DNA of 64,000 bases from Alphaproteobacteria bacterium (GTDB lineage: Bacteria; Pseudomonadota; Alphaproteobacteria; CALKHQ01). Shown here piece by piece: positions 57,186 through 64,000 of this stretch. The notes beneath the pieces are model-generated. The model did not search any database. It worked only from the letters and a program-made list of their open reading frames with translations, and was not told where the DNA came from. The stretch lies in NCBI GenBank assembly GCA_965227515.1, contig CBDDFZ010000001.1, positions 1,856,001 to 1,920,000 on the forward strand. Direction: 5' to 3'. The position numbers and the translations under genes are program-made. Position 1 is the stretch's first letter, and every line of letters starts with the position of its first letter.

Positions 57186-57872
57186 CTACAACAACGTCGC
57201 CTGGCGCTGGTGGGGCGCGATGCAGGCGGGCGTGTCGTTGCGCACGTTGTTGACAACGGTGTCGACCTCGTAGGCGGTCAGCGCCTCATCCGGGAACGGG
57301 CCGATCAGCGCGGCGGCGGCGTCGCGGTCGCCATGCAGCCACTGGTCGTGGTCGGCCGGGTCCAGCATCACCGGCATGCGCGGGTGGATGTGGGCGATGG
57401 CGTCGCTGGCGGTGGTGGTGACGATGGTGAACGTCTCGACGGGCTGCGCATCTGGGTCGTCGCGGTCGCGCCAGTGCTCCCACAGCCCGGCGAAGGCGAA
57501 AGGTCCGCCGTCGGCGAGTGTGATGCGATAGGGCTGCTTGCCACCCTCCATCTTGCGCCATTCGTAGAAGCCGTCGGCCACCACCAGGCAGCGCCGGTCC
57601 TTGAACGCGGCGCGGAACATCGGCTTCTCCGCCACCGTCTCGCCGCGCGCGTTGATCGCCTTGTTGCCGATGGCCAGGTCCTTCGCCCAGGCCGGCACCA
57701 GGCCCCAGCGCAGCATGTCGAGCGCGCGGCCACCCTCGCGGTTCAGGCGCACGACCGGCGCGTCCTGGGTCGGCGCCACGTTGTAGCGCGGCTGGAAGTT
57801 CAGCCCGCTGGTCACGTCGAACAGCGTCCGCACCGAGTCCAGCGGCGTGGTGATGGAGTAGCGCCCGCACAT
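57186..57872 (-). CDS. SOS response-associated peptidase (SRAP/YedK-like abasic-site protein)
   Basis: MCGRY N-terminus, RYNVAPTQ, INARGET, GFYEW, IHPRMPV. Confidence 0.95.
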   Translation of the reverse strand: MCGRYSITTPLDSVRTLFDVTSGLNFQPRYNVAPTQDAPVVRLNREGGRALDMLRWGLVPAWAKDLAIGNKAINARGETVAEKPMFRAAFKDRRCLVVADGFYEWRKMEGGKQPYRITLADGGPFAFAGLWEHWRDRDDPDAQPVETFTIVTTTASDAIAHIHPRMPVMLDPADHDQWLHGDRDAAAALIGPFPDEALTAYEVDTVVNNVRNDTPACIAPHQRQATLL

Positions 57873-57952
57873 ACCAGCAGTATAGGCAATGGCGGACGCC
57901 GGTTGGCGGCAAACTTCGCTGGCTCTGGCCAGCCGGTCGGTTACCGGCCGTG

Positions 57953-58468
57953 TCACCCGTCCGCGCCGCGCTGGCCGAACCAGCCATGCACGGTGCTGAT
58001 CCAGATGAAGACCATCGGGACGGTCAGCACCAGAATGGCGTTGGTCGTGATGCCATCCTCGATCGGCCACTCCGGATCGTAATTGAGTAGCCAGTCGATC
58101 AACGCGCCATAGAACAGCGGCAGCAGGACGTAGTTCAGCCATCCGGAGCTGCGCTCGAGCACGCGCACCCGTATGGGGGTGTAGACGTCGGCGTCGGAGA
58201 GGTGGGCGTAGTGGCGTCGATAGACCAGGCCCAGATAGACCGGCGCGGCGGCCCAGAACCCGCCAACCAGCCACGGCAGTGCCGAGAAAGGTGCCTCGTA
58301 GGGCGAGCGCTCCGCGGTGCCGATCAGCCCTTGCGCCGCGCCGGTCAGGGCCTGGCCGTTCAGCTCGGCCAGCACCAGGGTTGCGAACAGGGCAAGCGGG
58401 TAGACCACCGTCACCAGCGACAGGTCCAGGTACCACTTGCCCGCAATCGTCTTCGGCCGCCGTGTCAT
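57953..58468 (-). CDS. Hypothetical membrane protein (about 4 TM)
   Basis: Four hydrophobic stretches, host-like codon usage; start may be 58486. Confidence 0.7.
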   Translation of the reverse strand: MTRRPKTIAGKWYLDLSLVTVVYPLALFATLVLAELNGQALTGAAQGLIGTAERSPYEAPFSALPWLVGGFWAAAPVYLGLVYRRHYAHLSDADVYTPIRVRVLERSSGWLNYVLLPLFYGALIDWLLNYDPEWPIEDGITTNAILVLTVPMVFIWISTVHGWFGQRGADG

Positions 58469-58703
58469 CGGTGCATCTTGGTTCATGGAACGGTGCGGAC
58501 ACGCATTATCCGGTCGGTTCCAAAACCAAGCGTAAAGGACGCGCGCGGGCCTGTGGCAAAGGTGCCAGCGGTGCCTTTCGGCCACACAAATCTTTGCGCG
58601 TGGCGGCGCTTCGGGCCATATAGGGGTCGCATTCCGGCGGCGCGGACCAAATATAACTGGTTCGCCTTCCAAGCACGTCCGCCAACCCGAACGGGGCCTC
58701 CGC

Positions 58704-59117
58704 ATGTTATCCAAGACCGATGAAGACTACCGCCGCGAGCTGACGCCGCTGCAATACCAGGTGACGCGCCAGGGGGGCACCGAACGGCCGTTCAAGAACG
58801 AGTATTGGGACTGCAAGGACCAGGGCATCTATCTGTGCCGCTGCTGCGATGCGCCGCTGTTCTCGTCGGACGACAAGTTCGACAGCGGCACAGGCTGGCC
58901 GTCCTTCACGCGGTCGATCTCCCGCGAGGCGGTGGACGCCAACGTGGACACCAGCCACGGCATGGTCCGCACCGAGGTAGTGTGCGCCGGCTGCCGTGCC
59001 CACCTGGGCCATGTGTTCCCTGACGGGCCGCCGCCGACCGAGCGGCGCTTTTGCATGAACTCGGCGTCGCTGAAACTGCAGCCGAAGGGGCAGGCGGGCG
59101 AGGGCGAGGCCGCTTGA
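58704..59117 (+). CDS. msrB: Peptide-methionine (R)-S-oxide reductase
   Basis: GTERPF, KFDSGTGWPSF, HLGHVFPDGP, RFCMNS. Confidence 0.97.
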   Translation: MLSKTDEDYRRELTPLQYQVTRQGGTERPFKNEYWDCKDQGIYLCRCCDAPLFSSDDKFDSGTGWPSFTRSISREAVDANVDTSHGMVRTEVVCAGCRAHLGHVFPDGPPPTERRFCMNSASLKLQPKGQAGEGEAA

Positions 59118-59223
59118 GCCAAGCGTCACTGCGTTTCGATCAGGGCAGAGGTTCCAGGAAGGTGCGCTGCATGCCGTCGTTCTGCCGTTCCGCCGATGGC
59201 CGTCGCGTCGGGCCTGGCTGCCG

Positions 59224-60228
59224 ATGATTGCCGCCGCGCAACTGATCGGCGGCTTTCTGCTGTTGCTGTTCGGGGCCGAGCTGCTGGTGCGCGGCGCGGC
59301 CGGCATCGCCAAGCGCCTGGGCGTTTCGACCATGATCATCGGCGTTACGGTGGTGGCCTATGGCACCACGGCGCCGGAGTTCGTCGTCAGTGTCGACGCC
59401 ACCATCGGCGGGTCGACCGGGCTGGCCATCGGCAACGTCGTCGGCTCCAACATCGCCAACGTGCTCCTGATCCTGGGGTGCGCCGGCCTGATTGCGCCGA
59501 TCAGCCGGCCGAAGCAATCGTCTCACCTGGAAGCCAGCATGATGGTCGCGGCGACCGGGCTGTTCGTCCTGCTCGGCCTCTATGGCGTACTCTACTGGTG
59601 GACGGGCGTGGTGCTGTTGCTGCTGCTGGTCGGCAGCCAGATGGGCGCCTACATGCGCGACCGCCACGTCAATCGGAACGTCAACCACGCCGACCCGCCC
59701 TCCGACACCGAGGCCGAGGCGGCCGAGTTGGCGGCTAGCGCGCGGTTGCCCTGGCCCTATCTGATCGGGCTTTTCGTCGCCGGGCTGGCCGGCGTGCTGG
59801 TCGGCGCACACTTCCTGGTGGAGGGTGCGGTGACGACTGCGCGCACCTTCGGCGTGCCGGAGGCGACCATCGGCCTGACCCTGGTCGCCGTCGGCACCTC
59901 GCTGCCGGAGCTGGCCACCGCCGTGGTGGCGGCGCGGCGCAACCACGCCGAGATGGCGGTCGGCAACGTGATCGGCGCCAATATGTTCAACATGCTGGGG
60001 CTGACCGGCGTGGTCAGCCTGTTCGGGCCGATTGCGATACCGCACGGCATCGCCATCTTCGACCAATGGGTCATGCTGGGTGCTGCGATCGCGGTGCCGG
60101 TGGTGTTCCTGGTGTTCCGGGGGCTTGACCGGCGCATCGCGCTGGTGTTGCTGGCGCTTTATGCCGCGTACGTCTTCGCCCAGTTCCATGGCATGTCCGG
60201 CGTCGCCAACGTCGTGTCGCTGACGTGA
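59224..60228 (+). CDS. Calcium/sodium antiporter (YrbG-like), copy 1
   Basis: Alpha repeats GTTAPE / GTSLPE, GNVVGSNIAN. Confidence 0.93.
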   Translation: MIAAAQLIGGFLLLLFGAELLVRGAAGIAKRLGVSTMIIGVTVVAYGTTAPEFVVSVDATIGGSTGLAIGNVVGSNIANVLLILGCAGLIAPISRPKQSSHLEASMMVAATGLFVLLGLYGVLYWWTGVVLLLLLVGSQMGAYMRDRHVNRNVNHADPPSDTEAEAAELAASARLPWPYLIGLFVAGLAGVLVGAHFLVEGAVTTARTFGVPEATIGLTLVAVGTSLPELATAVVAARRNHAEMAVGNVIGANMFNMLGLTGVVSLFGPIAIPHGIAIFDQWVMLGAAIAVPVVFLVFRGLDRRIALVLLALYAAYVFAQFHGMSGVANVVSLT

Positions 60229-61190
60229 CGGGCGACATCCTTTATGTGATCGGGGGCCTGGTCCTGCTGGTCGGCGGGGGCGAGGTGCTGGTGCGCGGCT
60301 CGGTGGCGCTCGCCCGGCGGCTCGGCATGTCGCCGCTGATGATCGGGCTGACCGTGGTCGCGCTCGGCACTTCCAGCCCCGAGATCGTGGTCTGCGTCAA
60401 CGCGGCCCTCAACAACAGCCCGGGGATCGCCATCGGCAACGTCGTCGGCAGCGACATTGCCAACATCCTGCTGATCCTGGCGATCGGCGCCCTGATCCGG
60501 CCCGTACCGTGCCAGATGGGCACCCTGCGCCGCGACGGCCTGATGCTCACCGTCAGCTCGGCCGTGGTGGCGGTGGTGGCGCTGTTCGGCCTGATCCAGT
60601 GGTGGCAGGGCATCCTGATGCTGGTGGCGCTGGTCGGCTACCTGATGTTCTGCTACGGCGACGAAACCCTCCGTGTGCGCAAGGCCGAGGGCAAGAAAAC
60701 CGACGACGACACCGTGCCGGGGTCGCTGCCGCTGTGGCTGTCGCTGCTGCTGGTGGTGATCGGGCTGGCGGCGCTGATCGGCGGCGCCGAGCTGCTGGTC
60801 GACGGCGCGGTCTCCATCGCCACCGCCCTCGGCGTGTCCGAGGCGGTGATCGGCGTCACCCTGGTGGCGGTTGGCACGTCGCTGCCCGAGCTCGCCATCG
60901 TCGCCGTCGCAGCCTGGCGCGGCCAGTCGGACCTGGTGTTCGGCAATGTCATCGGGTCCAACATTTTCAACAATTTTGGTATCTTGGGCATCACCACGCT
61001 GTTCGCCGACATCCGCGTCGATGTCTCCGCTGTCGCTTTCGACCTGGCGGTGATGGTGGTGGCGGCGATCATGCTGATCCCGATGGCCGCGACCGGGCGG
61101 CGGCTGAACCGGGTGGAGGGCGGCATTCTGATCGCGCTCTACGCCGGGTTCACGGTGCTGAACTTCACCGGCAAGCCGGTACTGCTTTAG
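60225..61190 (+). CDS. Calcium/sodium antiporter (YrbG-like), copy 2
   Basis: GTSSPE / GTSLPE, GNVVGSDIAN; GTGA overlap with copy 1. Confidence 0.93.
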   Translation: MTGDILYVIGGLVLLVGGGEVLVRGSVALARRLGMSPLMIGLTVVALGTSSPEIVVCVNAALNNSPGIAIGNVVGSDIANILLILAIGALIRPVPCQMGTLRRDGLMLTVSSAVVAVVALFGLIQWWQGILMLVALVGYLMFCYGDETLRVRKAEGKKTDDDTVPGSLPLWLSLLLVVIGLAALIGGAELLVDGAVSIATALGVSEAVIGVTLVAVGTSLPELAIVAVAAWRGQSDLVFGNVIGSNIFNNFGILGITTLFADIRVDVSAVAFDLAVMVVAAIMLIPMAATGRRLNRVEGGILIALYAGFTVLNFTGKPVLL

Positions 61191-61203
61191 GGAGCATGCG
61201 GCC

Positions 61204-61992
61204 ATGGCCGACCGACGCTATCACCTGCCCGACATGCCGAGGACGGCCCTGGTGACCGGGGCGGGCAAGCGCGTCGGCCGCGCGATTGCGCTGGCGCTCG
61301 GCGAGGCCGGCTGGTCGGTCGCCGTGCACTACAATGGCTCGCGCGACGCCGCCGAGGAGGTGGCGGAGATGGTGCGCGCCGCCGGTGCCGAGAGCTGCAC
61401 GGTGCAAGCCGACCTGGGCCGCGAGGCGGAGGTCGTGGGCCTGGTGGACGCGGCCGCCGCCGGCATCGGCCCGCTCGGCTGCCTGGTCAACAACGCCTCG
61501 GTGTTCGAGTTCGACGAGGCCCTGACCGCGACCCGCGAGAACTGGGACCTCCACATGGAGGTCAACCTGCGGGCGCCGTTCGTGCTGACCCAGGCGCTCG
61601 CCCGGCAGGTGCCGGACGGCATGCGCGGCCACGTGATCAACATCATCGACCAGCGGGTGCTGAACCAGACGCCGTATTTCACATCCTATTCGGCCAGCAA
61701 GTTCGCGCTGTGGGGCATGACCCAGCAGCTCGCCCTGGCGCTGGGGCCCCTGGTCCAGGTCAACGGCATCGGACCCGGCCCGACCCTGAAGGGCGCCAAC
61801 CAGTCCCAGGAACAGTTCGACCGTCAGAACCGGGAGGTGCCGCTGGGCCATGGTGCCGAGCCATGGGAGATCGCCGACACCGTGCTGTTCCTGCTGGCGT
61901 CGGCGTCGATCACCGGCACGCTGATCCCGGTGGACGGCGGCCAGCACCACGGCTGGGCGCAACCCGGCCAGGAAATCAACCCGACTGATTGA
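61204..61992 (+). CDS. SDR family oxidoreductase (pteridine reductase-like)
   Basis: TGAGKRVG, NNAS, IIDQR, YSASK, VDGGQH. Confidence 0.92.
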   Translation: MADRRYHLPDMPRTALVTGAGKRVGRAIALALGEAGWSVAVHYNGSRDAAEEVAEMVRAAGAESCTVQADLGREAEVVGLVDAAAAGIGPLGCLVNNASVFEFDEALTATRENWDLHMEVNLRAPFVLTQALARQVPDGMRGHVINIIDQRVLNQTPYFTSYSASKFALWGMTQQLALALGPLVQVNGIGPGPTLKGANQSQEQFDRQNREVPLGHGAEPWEIADTVLFLLASASITGTLIPVDGGQHHGWAQPGQEINPTD

Positions 61993-62029
61993 CCGCGTGT
62001 GTATGGCGGGCGCCGGCAACGCCGGCCGC

Positions 62030-62752
62030 TTATTCCGCGGCGGCCCCAATTGACATGGTGTTCGTCATGGGGGGATCGCTATCGCCGATTGATTTTTCGC
62101 CAACGAAAAGACCGACGAAATCGTGGATGGCGAAGACTCCATCGCCGTTCACGATGACCCCAGCCTTGCCCGGATGAAGGCTTGGCTGAGATATCGTCGC
62201 CATAAAGTTGCCGGCGATGTACAGCTCCATGCCGTTCTCGACTTCGGCGATGCTCAGGGTGGCGCGGCCGTCAGGGCTAACGATGTCGTTCCAGTTCTCC
62301 ATCGTCGTTCGGTCCCAGGTCGCCTCGACCTTCGGGTCGCCATCCCCGATTCTGACGATGCTGATGCCATAGCCGTCGCCAACTTGGTGCAACGCGAGAG
62401 TCCAAAGCGGACTGGAGTCGTCGTCGCAACAAAATAGACCGATGTAACTGGACGAGTCCGAAGCGATGAGTTGCAGGTCGACGTCAAAGCGGCGGTAGCG
62501 ATCACTCTGCGAGAAAGTGAGCGTCATGTTCTGCGTCGGCGCACCAGTGTGGGAAACCACATGTACGTCGTCGCCCCGATAGCCGAACCATCCTTCGGCA
62601 AAGCTGCCATTGGGTGTGTCGAGATCGCCCAGGACGGCGAATTCGGACTGTGCGAGCGCTGATCCCGAGACCAGCAGGCTGGAGGCAACCAAGCCAATCG
62701 CCCAGAATTGTGCAAATCGACCATGTTTCTGGAATACAAAGCGAAACATCAA
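62030..62752 (-). CDS. Secreted beta-sandwich hypothetical protein
   Basis: Signal peptide ending ALA; LYIAG...GKAGVIV tail resembles ConA/DUF1080-like domains; lower GC than host. Confidence 0.6.
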   Translation of the reverse strand: MMFRFVFQKHGRFAQFWAIGLVASSLLVSGSALAQSEFAVLGDLDTPNGSFAEGWFGYRGDDVHVVSHTGAPTQNMTLTFSQSDRYRRFDVDLQLIASDSSSYIGLFCCDDDSSPLWTLALHQVGDGYGISIVRIGDGDPKVEATWDRTTMENWNDIVSPDGRATLSIAEVENGMELYIAGNFMATISQPSLHPGKAGVIVNGDGVFAIHDFVGLFVGEKSIGDSDPPMTNTMSIGAAAE

Positions 62753-63119
62753 TAGTCCTCAGGCTGGTTCGTTTGACACCGCACTCCCCAACCCTATGAG
62801 CCGGCATTGCGGCGGTCAAGGGAGCTGGCCACTGGGGCCATGCCAAATATTACTGTTGCAACATGATCGCATGGATTTTTGCAGCATGACTGATCGATGG
62901 CCGGATCGGCGAGTCACTAGACTGCAATACAGTAGCAGCGTTGAGTTAGGCAGTTTTGCAATGGAATTGCACCATCGCGCGCTACTTGGCAATTTTTGGC
63001 TCAGTCTACCCGGCACGCCGGCTGCGCTTGCCAAGTAATAACGACTTTTGAGGATCTGGCGTTCGATGGTCCGTGGGGCTACTGGTAACTCTGCCGCGAT
63101 GTAGACTGGCGACTGTCCT

Positions 63120-63956
63120 TCACTTCCCGAACTTGCCGGCCTGGAAGTCCTCCACCGCCTGCATCAACTCGTTGCGGCTGTTCATCACGAACGGGCCGTA
63201 GCGCGCCACCGGCTCGGCAATCGGCTCGCCGTCGCAATAGAACATGGCGGCAGGTGCATCGCCCGCGGTGACCGTGATGTCGCCGGTGCCGTCGAACGCC
63301 ATCAGCGAGGGTGCGGTCGCCGTCACCGGATTGCCGGCCGCATCCGGAGCGGTGACCTCTCCCTCATAGACACAGAGGAAGGCGTTGTGGCCGGGCGCGG
63401 GCTCCAGGCGCACGGCGGTGTTCGGCTGCGCGTCCAGCATCAGCACCCGCATCGGCGTGCGCGGCTGCGCCGGGCCGGTGGCGTCGCCATACTGGCCGGC
63501 GATCACCTGGACACGGACGCCGCCATCCTCGACCACCGGGATGGTGTCGCGCTGAATGTCCTGGTAGCCGGGCGCCGTCATCTTCAGGGCCGCGGGCAGG
63601 TTCACCCAGAGCTGGAACCCGCGCATGCGGCCGTCGATCTGCTCCGGCATCTCCGAATGCACGATGCCGCGCCCGGCCGTCATCCACTGCACGTCGCCCG
63701 GCCCGATCACACCCTCGCCGCCGGTGGAGTCGCGGTGGCGCATGCGCCCGTCCAGCATCACGGTCACGGTTTCGAAGCCGCGGTGCGGATGGTCCGGGAA
63801 GCCGCCGATATAGGCCTTGGGGTCTTCGTTGTCGAAGCGGTCGAGCATCAGGAACGGGTCGATCATATCGACCTCGCGGGTGCCGACCATGCGGGTCAGG
63901 CGCACGCCCGCCCCGTCCGACGTCGCCATGCCGGCGACGATTTGCGCAACGTGCAT
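63120..63956 (-). CDS. Pirin family protein
   Basis: DPFLMLD, FPDHPHRGFETVT, QWMTAGRGIVHSE, GPFVMN. Confidence 0.96.
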   Translation of the reverse strand: MHVAQIVAGMATSDGAGVRLTRMVGTREVDMIDPFLMLDRFDNEDPKAYIGGFPDHPHRGFETVTVMLDGRMRHRDSTGGEGVIGPGDVQWMTAGRGIVHSEMPEQIDGRMRGFQLWVNLPAALKMTAPGYQDIQRDTIPVVEDGGVRVQVIAGQYGDATGPAQPRTPMRVLMLDAQPNTAVRLEPAPGHNAFLCVYEGEVTAPDAAGNPVTATAPSLMAFDGTGDITVTAGDAPAAMFYCDGEPIAEPVARYGPFVMNSRNELMQAVEDFQAGKFGK

Positions 63957-64000
63957 TGCAGCGCTCCTACAGGCATTCAAGGGTGGGGGTCACGGCCGCA

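Noticed and set aside
62610-63038. 142-aa plus-strand ORF in the AT-rich tract
   Set aside because: Overlaps the opposite-strand gene, no RBS and no recognisable motif

Overview
GC-rich alphaproteobacterial chromosomal window, probably Rhodospirillales-like (inferred from gene content, repeat families and CtrA-like boxes). Core loci: pgsA-mobB-moeA-moaD-moaE, ffh-rpsP-rimM-trmD-rplS, argC, galE, uvrB, msrB. Catabolic loci: an amidohydrolase/SDR cluster, a nicotinate-dehydrogenase-like/6-hydroxynicotinate-reductase-like cluster with an ABC system lacking permeases, and soxBDAG with a PhyH dioxygenase and a DmdA-like GcvT protein. Also a hicAB toxin-antitoxin pair and four families of palindromic intergenic repeats. 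Most notable: (1) a complete IS1111-group (IS110 family) element inserted in a GTAG-REP, whose 3' non-coding region holds readable target- and donor-matching guide segments (seek/bridge RNA); (2) an AT-rich islet before uvrB with an uncharacterised soluble + 4-TM two-gene operon (candidate defence system), a small Cys/His protein and a Fic remnant; (3) an orphan PAAR-like (DUF4280) gene inside an ABC operon; (4) a zincin-like protein whose HExxH motif is lost; (5) a 15-bp tandem repeat forming a mini-ORF that overlaps both neighbouring genes. No rRNA, tRNA or CRISPR array was seen. All family calls come from reading motifs by eye; no database searches were run.
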